A program made the position numbers and the translations under genes. From an uncultured archaeon (lineage in GTDB: Archaea; Aenigmatarchaeota; Aenigmatarchaeia; QMZP01; QMZT01): DNA of 24,000 nt. The DNA is taken from the NCBI GenBank assembly GCA_965552715.1, contig CBEVTC010000002.1, positions 11,927 to 35,926 of the forward strand, written 5' to 3'. Below are positions 1 through 10,028 of this stretch, piece by piece. The notes below the pieces were generated by a model. That model worked only from the letters and a program-made list of their open reading frames with translations. It was not told where the DNA came from and made no database searches. Positions within the stretch are counted from its first letter, which is position 1. Every line of letters starts with the position of its first letter.

Positions 1-946
1 TGAAACCGTAAAAACGAAGTGTTTTGTGCTTTGTTGGTTTGAGCTCGTTCGCTACTGCTGAATCCTTTGTTTCCCCGTCCTGAACCAGGGCGATTTTCAA
101 AGCTTTGGCGGTAGCTGTCCCTATGTTTTCGAGGTCGATCTTAAAGGCTGAATTATCTATTTTTGCGCTCAAGACCTCAATAATGGGTTCGCCCCTGATA
201 GGTATACCAATCGAAAATGAAGTTGTCTGGGATTGTCCGCTGTCATCCTTGTATGTTAAAGTCAAAATGCCCGAATAGGTTTTGGACTCCGCTGAGTTAT
301 CAATGCTCATATCGAAGTTCGCTTCCCTTGTTTCTCCAGGTTTGATCTCCCCAACATAATACAAACCGCCTGAAAGAATCGGTAATATGTATGTCGTGTT
401 TGAAACGAGAGCGACCTCCGTGAAGGAAGCTGATCCCGTTCCCACGTTTTTTATACTGGTTGTTATGGCTGCGGAATCCCCCGGCTCCATCTCTTCCGGA
501 TAGGTCTCGATCTTTTCGAGAATGAGTTTGGGTTTGCCCTGGATCTGGATCATGACTTTGCTGGTTACCTGCACACCCACCCCTATCTGATAATATTTGA
601 ATTCGAGTTCGTAGTTATCCGATATCGCATTCTTGTCAACGTGGAGCTTGTATGACGCTGTCACTTGATCGTTTGCCGGGATTCTTGAGAATGTTTTTTC
701 CGCTTCCTGGCCCGGGAGAAGCGTGAAGGGGCTTTCAGGAATTATTTCAAGGATGATGTTCTCTGATGTACCATAACCCGTGTTCTGCAGAGAAACTTCT
801 ATGTCAACAACCTGATCCGGTTCGACTGGGTAAGGGTTTTGCTTGGTTAAAACAACCTCCAGGTTTTCCGTGATCGCATATGCTCCCGTGGAAATTGCGA
901 GCAGGAGCAAGATCGCGAATGAAACCGAAATTATCTTCTTTTTCAT
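1..946 (-). CDS. Secreted surface repeat-domain protein (CARDB / COG1361 S-layer-like beta-sandwich repeats), N-terminal part; the 3' end lies beyond the window start
   Basis: Absent from the ORF track because no stop falls in the window. My translation of the reverse strand from ATG 946 stays open to position 1 (~315 codons): MKKKIISVSFAILLLLAISTGAYA/ITENLEVVLTKQNPYPVEPDQVVDIEVSLQNTGYGTSENIILEIIPESPF... This is a Lys-rich n-region, a hydrophobic core and an A-x-A type cleavage site. About three ~100-aa units follow, with the P-x-x-x-P-G-D/E...I/V-x-N-x-G-x-x-x-A pattern typical of archaeal surface or adhesion domains. Confidence 0.6.
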   Translation of the reverse strand, partial: MKKKIISVSFAILLLLAISTGAYAITENLEVVLTKQNPYPVEPDQVVDIEVSLQNTGYGTSENIILEIIPESPFTLLPGQEAEKTFSRIPANDQVTASYKLHVDKNAISDNYELEFKYYQIGVGVQVTSKVMIQIQGKPKLILEKIETYPEEMEPGDSAAITTSIKNVGTGSASFTEVALVSNTTYILPILSGGLYYVGEIKPGETREANFDMSIDNSAESKTYSGILTLTYKDDSGQSQTTSFSIGIPIRGEPIIEVLSAKIDNSAFKIDLENIGTATAKALKIALVQDGETKDSAVANELKPTKHKTLRFYGF

Positions 947-1070
947 GAAAATCACATTGTTATTATTGGAATTGGAGTATATTTATTGTTAATTTATATA
1001 TAATAATGTAATCCGGACAGAAATACTAAATATCTTTATTTCTCAGGGATTTAAAAACTTTCGGTAAATC

Positions 1071-1078
1071 TTTATAAA
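1071..1078 (+). promoter_or_regulatory. Candidate archaeal TATA box (TTTATAAA) for the pyr operon
   Basis: TTTATAAA sits in the AT-rich divergent intergenic region 947-1106. It ends 28 nt before the pyrB ATG (1107), and no Shine-Dalgarno precedes that ATG. The spacing fits a leaderless or near-leaderless transcript. Confidence 0.45.
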
Positions 1079-1100
1079 ACATTTTTACAATAGAATATAG

Positions 1101-2476
<1,376 letters not shown>

Positions 2477-2483
2477 GATTGTT

Positions 2484-3395
2484 ATGAATTTGGAAACGAA
2501 ACTGTGTGGTATAAAACTGAAAAACCCCACCGTCCTTGCTTCAGGTATTCTGGGAACCTCGAAATCTTTGCTGGCGAGGATTATAGAGAGCGGAGCCGGA
2601 GCTGTCACCATAAAATCGATTTCTTTCGAAGCTAGAGAAGGTCATAAAAACCCGACTGTAATAACGTTCGAAAGGGGGATGATGAATGCTGTTGGTTATT
2701 CGAACTTCGGTGTGGCTGGCGCTCTAAAGGAGTTTGTCAACCTGAATGAATTGGAAGCCCCTATTTTCGCCAGTGTTATCGGAACGGAAGCGGAAGATTT
2801 CGTTAAGGTTGTGGAGGGTCTGAAGGGTCTCGATTTCGCTGCGATTGAAATCCCATTATCCTGCCCGCACACACCTGGTTTCGGGACGTTAGCAGGACAG
2901 GACACGCCTGAAAAAACGTTCGAAATCACAAAAGCCGTTGTGAAAAAAACGAAAAAACCCGTTTTCATTAAGCTCTCCCCGAACACGAAAAACATAGGAG
3001 AGGTCGCGAAAGCAGCGGAAAAGGCAGGCGCATCCGCGATCACCGCTGTGAACACGATGGGTCCTGGAATGGTCATAAACATCGAAGCGAAAAAACCGGT
3101 TCTTGACTTCAAGGTCGGAGGCGTCTCAGGGCCTGCTCTCAAACCAGTTGCTGTCCGTTGTGTTTATGATGTGTACGAAAGCGTGAAAATCCCGATAATA
3201 GGGGTCGGAGGGGTTCTGACCGGAAAGGACGCAATAGAGATGATGATGGCGGGAGCGACAACAGTTGGGATTGGTTCCGGGATATATTACAGGGGTATCG
3301 ACATCTTCCGAGAGGTCTGCTCGGAGATATCCGAATGGGTGGAAAAGAACGGATACAAGAATCTTAAGGAATTGGTGGGGGTAGCGCATGAGTGA
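2484..3395 (+). CDS. pyrD: Dihydroorotate dehydrogenase, class 1B catalytic subunit
   Basis: 303 aa. N-terminal LKNPTVLASG, active-site loop IPLSCPHTPG (Cys base, class 1 type), and C-terminal FMN phosphate-binding IIGVGGV...GATTVGIGSG. Followed by the pyrK partner subunit. Confidence 0.92.
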   Translation: MNLETKLCGIKLKNPTVLASGILGTSKSLLARIIESGAGAVTIKSISFEAREGHKNPTVITFERGMMNAVGYSNFGVAGALKEFVNLNELEAPIFASVIGTEAEDFVKVVEGLKGLDFAAIEIPLSCPHTPGFGTLAGQDTPEKTFEITKAVVKKTKKPVFIKLSPNTKNIGEVAKAAEKAGASAITAVNTMGPGMVINIEAKKPVLDFKVGGVSGPALKPVAVRCVYDVYESVKIPIIGVGGVLTGKDAIEMMMAGATTVGIGSGIYYRGIDIFREVCSEISEWVEKNGYKNLKELVGVAHE

Positions 3396-4170
3396 GCTTC
3401 CGGAGATCGTGAAGATAATTAAAATAACGCAGGAAAACCCCCACGTGAAGACGTTTTTCTTTGACAAGAATATCCAAGCGAAACCCGGTCAGTTCGTCAT
3501 GGTCTGGATCCCCGGTCTGGATGAGAAACCTTTTTCTCTTTCCTACGTAGGGAAGGAAACCGGGATAACGGTTGAAGAAAAGGGGAAGTTCACAAAGAGG
3601 TTGTTTCAAATGAAAGAGGGGGATAAGATTGGAATTCGCGGACCTTACGGGAATAGTTTCGAGTTGAAAGCGAACGCCTGCGTGGTCGCTGGCGGTTGCG
3701 GCATCGCCCCGCTCTCCACTTTAATAGAAAATTTGAAAAATCCGTTCGTCATCCTCGGGGCACGATCAAAGGATCGGTTGATTTTCGAAAAGAGATTCCC
3801 CAATGCGAAGATAACAACGGATGACGGCTCTTTCGGGGAAAAGGGGTTCGTAACGGATGTTCTGAAAAATGTTCTGAAAGATAGGAAGTCCGAAGTGATT
3901 TACACCTGCGGGCCCGAGGTGATGATGAAAAATGTCTTCGAGATATGTGAAAGTCACAAGATCGGATGCCAGGCGAGTCTTGAGCGTTACATGAAATGCG
4001 GATTCGGTGTGTGCGGGCAGTGCGAAGTCAACGGGTTCCGCGTTTGCAAGGAAGGTCCTGTTTTCTCTTCGGAGAGTCTCAGGGAAATGAAGGGTTTCGG
4101 GGGTTTCGCGAGACTGAAATCAGGGGAAAGGGTTTCCGTGAGTGAATATATTCAGTGGAGATGTGCATGA
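3388..4170 (+). CDS. pyrK: Dihydroorotate dehydrogenase electron-transfer subunit (FAD / 2Fe-2S)
   Basis: 260 aa. Ferredoxin-reductase-like N-terminal part and C-terminal 2Fe-2S motif CGFGVCGQCEVNGFRVCKEGPVF. 8-nt ATGAGTGA overlap with pyrD. Confidence 0.9.
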   Translation: MSELPEIVKIIKITQENPHVKTFFFDKNIQAKPGQFVMVWIPGLDEKPFSLSYVGKETGITVEEKGKFTKRLFQMKEGDKIGIRGPYGNSFELKANACVVAGGCGIAPLSTLIENLKNPFVILGARSKDRLIFEKRFPNAKITTDDGSFGEKGFVTDVLKNVLKDRKSEVIYTCGPEVMMKNVFEICESHKIGCQASLERYMKCGFGVCGQCEVNGFRVCKEGPVFSSESLREMKGFGGFARLKSGERVSVSEYIQWRCA

Positions 4171-5354
4171 GTTTGCTTGTTGAAAGGGGAAGGGTGTACA
4201 TAAAAGGGGAATTGATAAATAAAAATATCCTTATAGAGAACGGGAAAATCAAAAAGATAACATCCTCTAAACCGATGGCTGATGAAAAAATAAATGCAAA
4301 AGGGATGGTAGTAGTTCCGGGTTTCATAGACCCCCATGTTCACTTCAGGGACCCCGGTTTAACGCACAAGGAGGATTTCAAAACAGGGAGTTTCGCCGCT
4401 GTTGCGGGAGGGGTCACATGCATTCTGGATATGCCAAACACGAAACCTCCAACCCTCACCAATGAACTCCTGAAGGAGAAAGGGGAAATCGCTTCTAGTA
4501 AATCCGCTGTGAATTACGGTCTTCATTTCGGTTCCTCCTTGGATAATATCGAGGAAATTAGGGAAGCGAAGGGTGTTCCCTCTGTTAAGATCTTCATGAA
4601 CGCCTCAACCGGGAACATGCTGATAGAAGATGGGGAAACCGTAAAGAGAATAATCGAATCCGCCAGGATATGCTCGATACACGCGGAAAATGATAACGTT
4701 AGGAAAGCTATAGAATTTGCAAAATCCCTGAAAAAGAAGTTCTACCTCTGTCATATTACAGAGGAAAGGGAACTGGACCACGTCAAGGGAAACGGGAAGG
4801 AGAACGTCTTTGTGGAGGTGACGCCGCACCACCTGTTTCTAACGGAAAATGACCAGGATAATTTCGTGATTATGAAACCTCCCCTTAAGAGCGAAAAGGA
4901 CAGGAAAGCGCTGTGGGAAGCCTTGGGTAACGGGATCATAGACACCATCGGGAGTGACCACGCACCCCATACAATCGAGGAGAAGAGGTCATCCGAGGTT
5001 TTCGGCGTTCCAGGGGTCGAGACAAGGGTTCCTTTAATGATGGATGCGGTCAACAAGGGGAAAATCACATTGGAGAGAATGGTGGAAACCATGTGCGAGA
5101 ACCCGGCGAAAATTTTTAAGATTAAAAACAAAGGTTTCATAGAAGAAGGGAATGACGGTGATCTGACAGTGATTGACATGAAACTGCGGAAGAAGGTTAG
5201 GAACGATGGGCTGTTCACGAAGTGCGGGTGGTCGCCTTTCGAGGGTTTCGAACTTCAGGGTTGGCCAGTGATCACTATAGTTAACGGGAAGGTCATTTTC
5301 GAAAACGGAGAGGTTTATAGCAAAAAAAACGGGAAAGAGGTCGTATATGAGTGA
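4167..5354 (+). CDS. pyrC: Dihydroorotase
   Basis: Amidohydrolase metal motifs DPHVHFRDPG (H-x-H) and GSDHAPH. The ORF track begins at GTG 4155, but ATG 4167 forms an ATGA overlap with the pyrK stop (4168-4170), like other junctions in this operon, so I prefer 4167. Confidence 0.9.
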   Translation: MSLLVERGRVYIKGELINKNILIENGKIKKITSSKPMADEKINAKGMVVVPGFIDPHVHFRDPGLTHKEDFKTGSFAAVAGGVTCILDMPNTKPPTLTNELLKEKGEIASSKSAVNYGLHFGSSLDNIEEIREAKGVPSVKIFMNASTGNMLIEDGETVKRIIESARICSIHAENDNVRKAIEFAKSLKKKFYLCHITEERELDHVKGNGKENVFVEVTPHHLFLTENDQDNFVIMKPPLKSEKDRKALWEALGNGIIDTIGSDHAPHTIEEKRSSEVFGVPGVETRVPLMMDAVNKGKITLERMVETMCENPAKIFKIKNKGFIEEGNDGDLTVIDMKLRKKVRNDGLFTKCGWSPFEGFELQGWPVITIVNGKVIFENGEVYSKKNGKEVVYE

Positions 5355-5994
5355 GATCGCGAAGGAGATTGCGGATATCCTGCTCGGTATAAGGGCGATA
5401 ACCCTTAGCCCCTCGAAACCATACAGGTTCGTTTCAGGCATATTCAGCCCCATTTACTGCGATAACCGTTTGCTCATGTCTTATCCCGAAAAGAGGAAGA
5501 AGATAATAGATTACTTCGTTGAAGTTATCAGGGAAAGGAATCTGGATTTCGATGTCGTTGCCGGCATCGCTTCCTCCGGAATCCCGCATGCCGCCTGGCT
5601 TGCGGAAAGGCTGGGGAAGCCCATGATTTACATTCGCAAGAAAACGAAAGAACACGGGAAGGAAAACCTAATCGAGGGGAAGCTCGAAAGGAACCAGAAA
5701 GTCGTGATCGTGGAAGATCTCATATCAACGGGCAGTTCATCTGTAAACGGCGTGGATGCCGTCCGGAACCGGGGAGGAATTGTTGAGAATTGCCTGGCGA
5801 TTTTCACGTACGAGATGGAGAAGGCTAAGGAGAATTTCAGGAATGCGAAGTGCGAACTTGTACCGCTCAGTAATTTCACAACGCTGATAGAGGTCGCGAG
5901 CGAAAGGAATTACATAAAGCCCGAAGAGAGGCTAAAAACGCTTGAATGGAATAAAGACCCACAGAACTGGGGGAAGAAGATGGGATTTGAATGA
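5347..5994 (+). CDS. pyrE: Orotate phosphoribosyltransferase
   Basis: 215 aa. PRPP-binding loop VVIVEDLISTGSS. ATGAGTGA overlap with pyrC, the same 8-mer as the pyrD/pyrK junction. Confidence 0.92.
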   Translation: MSEIAKEIADILLGIRAITLSPSKPYRFVSGIFSPIYCDNRLLMSYPEKRKKIIDYFVEVIRERNLDFDVVAGIASSGIPHAAWLAERLGKPMIYIRKKTKEHGKENLIEGKLERNQKVVIVEDLISTGSSSVNGVDAVRNRGGIVENCLAIFTYEMEKAKENFRNAKCELVPLSNFTTLIEVASERNYIKPEERLKTLEWNKDPQNWGKKMGFE

Positions 5995-6518
5995 AACTGA
6001 AAATAGGTGTTTTCGGATCATCCGGGAAAGTGACTGAAGAATTGCGGAGGAAAGCGTTTGAGCTTGGGAAGGAAATAGCGAAACATGACTGCATACTCGT
6101 GACAGGGGCGACAACGGGTCTTCCGTATGAAGCCGCGAAAGGGGCGAAGGAAGGAGGGGGGTTTGTTGTTGGAATCTCGCCTGCGCATGATCTGGAAGAA
6201 CATGCGAACAAATACGGCTTGCCAAAAGAATCTCACGACGTTATAATATTCACCGGTTTTGGGAGAAAGGGAAGGAATCTGATAAACGTGAGATCGTGCG
6301 ACGCCTCGATCTTCGTTTCGGGAAGTTACGGTACCCTGAACGAGTTCACAACAGCTTATGACGAGAAGAAGGTCATGGGGGTTCTGGAAGGGACGGAAGG
6401 CGTATCGGACCACCTGAAGGAAATCGTCAAGATATGCAACAAGGAGACAGGAGCGAAGATCTTTTACGATTCGGATCCGGGAAAACTCGTTGAAAAACTC
6501 CTGGAGGTTTTGGGATGA
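5991..6518 (+). CDS. LOG / TIGR00725-like Rossmann-fold protein (putative nucleotide 5'-monophosphate phosphoribohydrolase); function here unknown
   Basis: 175 aa. IGVFGSSG N-terminus, VTGATTGLPYEAAKGAKEGGG (cf. LOG GGGxxGLMG) and VSGSYGTLNEF (cf. LOG PGGxGTxEE). ATGA overlaps on both sides, with pyrE at 5991 and pyrF at 6515. Confidence 0.6.
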   Translation: MKLKIGVFGSSGKVTEELRRKAFELGKEIAKHDCILVTGATTGLPYEAAKGAKEGGGFVVGISPAHDLEEHANKYGLPKESHDVIIFTGFGRKGRNLINVRSCDASIFVSGSYGTLNEFTTAYDEKKVMGVLEGTEGVSDHLKEIVKICNKETGAKIFYDSDPGKLVEKLLEVLG

Positions 6519-7453
6519 ATTTTGCTGACAGGCTGCTGGAGGCGATTGATAGTAAAAGGAACCCGAGCGTGATCGGTCTTGATTCTGATCTCGCAAAGTT
6601 GCCGAATTCTCTGAAGCAGGATTTCAGGGAAAGGTTCGGGTCGAATTTCGAGGCCGTCGGGAAGTGCATCTTTGAATTCAACAGGAGGATAATAGACTCG
6701 ATAAAGGATGTTGTTCCGGCTGTTAAAATCCAGATAGCGTTCTACGAGCAGTACGGGCACCTGGGAATGAAGGCTTTCGAGGAGACCGTGACGTATGCGA
6801 AACAGAGGGGGCTGATAGTGATAGAAGACGCCAAGAGGAATGATATAGGGAACACGGCGAAAGCGTATTCTTCCGGGCATCTCGGAAAGGTTGATTTGTT
6901 CGGGGAGAGCGTACGTTCGATGGACGTGGACTGCATAACAGTGAACCCCTACCTGGGAAGTGACGGTATCCTTCCCTTCCTTGAGGACGTGAAAGCGAAT
7001 GAAAAGGGTGTTTTTATACTCGTGAAAACCTCGAATCCCAGTTCAAATGAACTCCAAGACCTGACAAGCGGTAACAGGAAGGTTTACGAGATACTAGCGG
7101 ACTACGTGAACGAATGGGGTTTGCCCATGGTCGGGGAAAGAGGGTACAGCTCGGTAGGAGCGGTGGTCGGGGCGACGTACCCCAAAGAAGCGGCTGCACT
7201 CAGAAATATGATGTCGAGATCGATTTTTCTCGTACCCGGTTACGGGGCTCAGGGAGGGGGCGTGAAAGACATTCTCCCTTGTTTCAACCCAGACGGTCAG
7301 GGAGCGCTTATACACTCCGCAAGAAGCGTGATCTTCGCTTACGAGAAGACGGGAAAGGAGAATGAATTCGATGCCCTTGCAAGGGAAGCGGCCATTAGGA
7401 TGAAGGACGAGATCACGTTAGCGCTCAAGGAATTAAAGGTAGGAAACTGGTAA
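6515..7453 (+). CDS. pyrF: Orotidine 5'-phosphate decarboxylase, long (type 2-like) form
   Basis: 312 aa. Catalytic D-x-K-x-x-D signature in IEDAKRNDIGNT, VKIQIAFYE strand and C-terminal VPGYGAQGG phosphate-binding loop. Length and motifs fit the long PyrF subfamily. GGAGGT lies 8 nt upstream of the ATG. Confidence 0.88.
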   Translation: MNFADRLLEAIDSKRNPSVIGLDSDLAKLPNSLKQDFRERFGSNFEAVGKCIFEFNRRIIDSIKDVVPAVKIQIAFYEQYGHLGMKAFEETVTYAKQRGLIVIEDAKRNDIGNTAKAYSSGHLGKVDLFGESVRSMDVDCITVNPYLGSDGILPFLEDVKANEKGVFILVKTSNPSSNELQDLTSGNRKVYEILADYVNEWGLPMVGERGYSSVGAVVGATYPKEAAALRNMMSRSIFLVPGYGAQGGGVKDILPCFNPDGQGALIHSARSVIFAYEKTGKENEFDALAREAAIRMKDEITLALKELKVGNW

Positions 7454-7467
7454 GAAGATCGGGCCGT

Positions 7468-7479
7468 GTTTTCTTTCTG
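7468..7479 (+). terminator. Candidate oligo-T archaeal terminator after the pyr operon
   Basis: GTTTTCTTTCTG T-rich run 15 nt after the pyrF stop. Archaeal termination commonly uses T tracts. Weak evidence. Confidence 0.3.
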
Positions 7480-7508
7480 TAAAATGTTTATTAAGATTTA
7501 AATATTCA

Positions 7509-7516
7509 TTTATATA
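7509..7516 (+). promoter_or_regulatory. Candidate TATA box (TTTATATA) for the ribosomal protein cluster
   Basis: Matches the TTTAWATA consensus. Ends 26 nt before the S13 ATG (7543), which has no Shine-Dalgarno, implying a leaderless mRNA. Confidence 0.45.
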
Positions 7517-7542
7517 ATTGTCTTTACATAACGGGTGCGCAT

Positions 7543-8082
7543 ATGGAAAAAGAAGTGAAAGGAGCAGAGGGAAAGAAAGCAGAACACAAGGAAGAGGAGA
7601 AGACGAAAACTGAGAAGAAAGTCCAGAATATAATAAGGCTTGGGGAAACCAATCTGGACGGGAATAGAAGCGTAAAATCCGCGATACTGGAAGTTAAGGG
7701 GGTTTCTTTCTCCTTCGCTAAGGCAGTGGCGAAGATTTCTGGGTTCGGGGATAAGAGGGTCGGTGATCTGTCGGAGGATGAGCTTAAAAAGCTCGAGGAT
7801 ATCATAAACCACCCAGAGAAGTACGAAATACCGTTATGGTTATACAACAGGAGGAAAGACCCCGAAACAGGCGAAGATAAACACCTGAGCGTATCCCAGC
7901 TTGAATTAACAGAGAAACTGGACACAGGAAGGGAGAAGAAGTTGAAGTCATACAGGGGGGTAAGGCACATCATGAATTTGCCCGTGAGGGGTCAGAGGAC
8001 GAGGGGCTCTTTCAGAAAAGGTAAAGTAGTTGGTGTCTCGAAGAAGGCGAGAGCCCAGCAGGCTGCAAAGAGCGGGAAGTGA
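7543..8082 (+). CDS. rps13: 30S ribosomal protein S13 (uS13) with a Lys/Glu-rich N-terminal extension
   Basis: 179 aa. The core IIRLGETNLDGNRSVKSAILEVKGVSFSFAKAV...YRGVRHIMNLPVRGQRTR matches archaeal S13. It is preceded by ~28 extra residues, MEKEVKGAEGKKAEHKEEEKTKTEKKVQ. Confidence 0.92.
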   Translation: MEKEVKGAEGKKAEHKEEEKTKTEKKVQNIIRLGETNLDGNRSVKSAILEVKGVSFSFAKAVAKISGFGDKRVGDLSEDELKKLEDIINHPEKYEIPLWLYNRRKDPETGEDKHLSVSQLELTEKLDTGREKKLKSYRGVRHIMNLPVRGQRTRGSFRKGKVVGVSKKARAQQAAKSGK

Positions 8083-8086
8083 ACAC

Positions 8087-8548
8087 ATGAGAAAGATTAG
8101 AAGGAAATACAAAAGGCCGAAAAGACCATGGGACTCGGGCAGGATAGAAGAAGAAGGGGAAATGCTCAGGGAGTTCGGTCTCAGGAGGAAGAGGGAGATA
8201 TGGAGAGCGGAATCAATAGTCCGTGAATACAGGAGAAGGGCAAGGGACTTGATCGCAGTGAAGGATGAAGAGAAAACGAAAATCCTTCTTGATAAGCTGG
8301 TCGGACTTGGTCTTATCGAGAAAGGACAAGACCTTGAACAGGTCTTGGCTCTGGGCGTGAATGATATACTCAATCGAAGGCTTCAGACCCTGGTCCTCAA
8401 AAAGGGGTTCGCCTCGAGTATAAAAGAAGCGAGGCAGAAGATAGCGCACGGTCATGTTCATATCGGAGGGAGGAGAACCAAATTCGCTTCTTACATAGTT
8501 CCCGTTGAGAAAGAGCGGATGATAAAGGTTGAAGGTGGTAAGAGATGA
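8087..8548 (+). CDS. rps4: 30S ribosomal protein S4 (uS4)
   Basis: [16 protein letters not shown]... aligns with archaeal S4 N-termini. S4 RNA-binding domain [32 protein letters not shown]. The ORF track start at 8030 overlaps S13 by 53 nt and adds non-homologous residues, so ATG 8087 is preferred. Confidence 0.92.
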   Translation: MRKIRRKYKRPKRPWDSGRIEEEGEMLREFGLRRKREIWRAESIVREYRRRARDLIAVKDEEKTKILLDKLVGLGLIEKGQDLEQVLALGVNDILNRRLQTLVLKKGFASSIKEARQKIAHGHVHIGGRRTKFASYIVPVEKERMIKVEGGKR

Positions 8549-8934
8549 ATGATGATAAATGGGGGGTCGCTCATATTTACTCTTCTGTTAACAACACTAT
8601 CGTTCATATAACGGACCTTACAGGGGCGGAAACGATAGCGAGGTGTTCCGGGGGTGTGATCACGAACAGGGATAAGGACAAGGGTTCGCCCTTCCCTGCC
8701 ATGAAGGCTGCAAGAAAAGTTGCTGAGGAAGCGAAGAGTAAGGGTCTGATAGGAGTTCACCTGAAGATTCGAGCGCAGGGTGGACATAAAAAGAAAATCC
8801 CCGGTTCCGGAGCGCAGCCCACGATACGCGCGCTTGTCAGGGCAGGACTGAAAATAGGAAGGATTGAGGATTCCACACCAATCCCACACGACACCACAAG
8901 GAAAGCTGGGGGCCGAGGCGGAAGGCGGGTATAA
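8545..8934 (+). CDS. rps11: 30S ribosomal protein S11 (uS11)
   Basis: 129 aa. [27 protein letters not shown]...GPGAQ-like [30 protein letters not shown]...GGRGGRRV matches archaeal S11 throughout. ATGA overlap with S4. Confidence 0.93.
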   Translation: MNDDKWGVAHIYSSVNNTIVHITDLTGAETIARCSGGVITNRDKDKGSPFPAMKAARKVAEEAKSKGLIGVHLKIRAQGGHKKKIPGSGAQPTIRALVRAGLKIGRIEDSTPIPHDTTRKAGGRGGRRV

Positions 8935-8953
8935 TTAATCCAGATGATTATTT

Positions 8954-9946
8954 ATGGCTAAAGGACACAAACCGAAAGCGGGATCAAGGGCATTCTGGCC
9001 GAGAAAGCGGGCGAAAAGGACGTACGCAAGATTCAAGCACTCGAAAGAATCGGAAAAAGTGAAGAAAGCGGGGGAAACGAAACCCATCGAGTTCGGTGGC
9101 TACAAGGCGGGGATGACGCAAGCGGTTTTCACGAACACGAGGAAGGGTAGCGTAACGCAAGGCCAGGATCTTTCGAAACCGGTTTCCGTTCTTGAATGTC
9201 CACCATTATTTGTTTTCGGGATAAAGCTTTACAGGAAAGGTTCCAAGGGTTTCGAAACTTCTGGAATGGTATGGGCAAAGGATTTGAAAAAGGATATCGT
9301 GAGGAAGCTTGATATCCCTAAAAAGAAATCCGAACTCCCTGATCTCGGGGGAAAACTCGGAGAAATCTCTGATATACGCTTGCTCGTACATACACAGCCA
9401 AGGGAATCGGGTCTGAGAAAGAAAAAGCCAGAAGTGTTCGAGATCGACATCTCCGGGACCTTGGAAAACAGATGGAAGTACGCAAAGGAAAAACTGGGGA
9501 AGGAACTCGATGTGTCCGAGGTTTTCGCGGAAGGCGAATATGTTGACGTGAAGGCCGTTAGCAAAGGCAAGGGATTCCAAGGGGTAGTGAAGAGGTTCGG
9601 GGTCAGGATAAGGAGCAGGAAGAACAAGGAGAAAAGAAGGCACATAGGAACGATGGGTCCTGTCACCCCAGGAAGGGTCTTGCCCGGTGTGATTCCCCAG
9701 GCTGGACAGCTCGGCCTCCAGACAAGGACGGAATATAACAAAAGATTGATAAAAATAGGGAATGCCGGCCTCGAAATAAAGGGAGGGTTTGTGAATTACG
9801 GGGAGGTCAAAAAGAACTTCGTCCTGATCGAAGGCTCTCTCCCAGGACCTAAGAAAAGATTCATTCTCTTTAGGAAATCTTTCAGGAAGACCGATGTGAA
9901 GGAACCGGTTGAAGTGAAATCCGTTTCTCTCGAATCCCAACAGTGA
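8954..9946 (+). CDS. rpl3: 50S ribosomal protein L3 (uL3)
   Basis: 330 aa. N-terminal GSRAFWPRKRAKR, central KGKGFQGVVKRFGV and GQLGLQTRTEYNKRLIKIG are diagnostic archaeal L3 segments. Confidence 0.9.
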   Translation: MAKGHKPKAGSRAFWPRKRAKRTYARFKHSKESEKVKKAGETKPIEFGGYKAGMTQAVFTNTRKGSVTQGQDLSKPVSVLECPPLFVFGIKLYRKGSKGFETSGMVWAKDLKKDIVRKLDIPKKKSELPDLGGKLGEISDIRLLVHTQPRESGLRKKKPEVFEIDISGTLENRWKYAKEKLGKELDVSEVFAEGEYVDVKAVSKGKGFQGVVKRFGVRIRSRKNKEKRRHIGTMGPVTPGRVLPGVIPQAGQLGLQTRTEYNKRLIKIGNAGLEIKGGFVNYGEVKKNFVLIEGSLPGPKKRFILFRKSFRKTDVKEPVEVKSVSLESQQ

Positions 9947-10028
9947 ATTTCAAAAGATGACCTGAACTATAAATCCAAGTCATCAATTGCTAATCGTATT
10001 TTTAACCAAGAAATACAAATTAAATTCT

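Noticed and set aside
8030-8086. Longer N-terminal versions of several ORFs in the track (S4 from 8030, PAP2 from 9987, pyrC from 4155, aRF1 from 11744)
   Set aside because: The extensions begin at non-ATG codons and add residues without homology. In the S4 case the extension overlaps S13 by 53 nt, while downstream ATGs give canonical N-termini, ATGA coupling or a properly spaced RBS.
9947-10028. Intergenic regions (947-1106, 7454-7542, 9947-10028, 11736-11798) examined for tRNA, small RNA or riboswitch structures
   Set aside because: All are short and AT-rich, with no acceptor-stem or T-arm-like complementarity or extended stems. They are adequately explained as promoter or terminator spacers.
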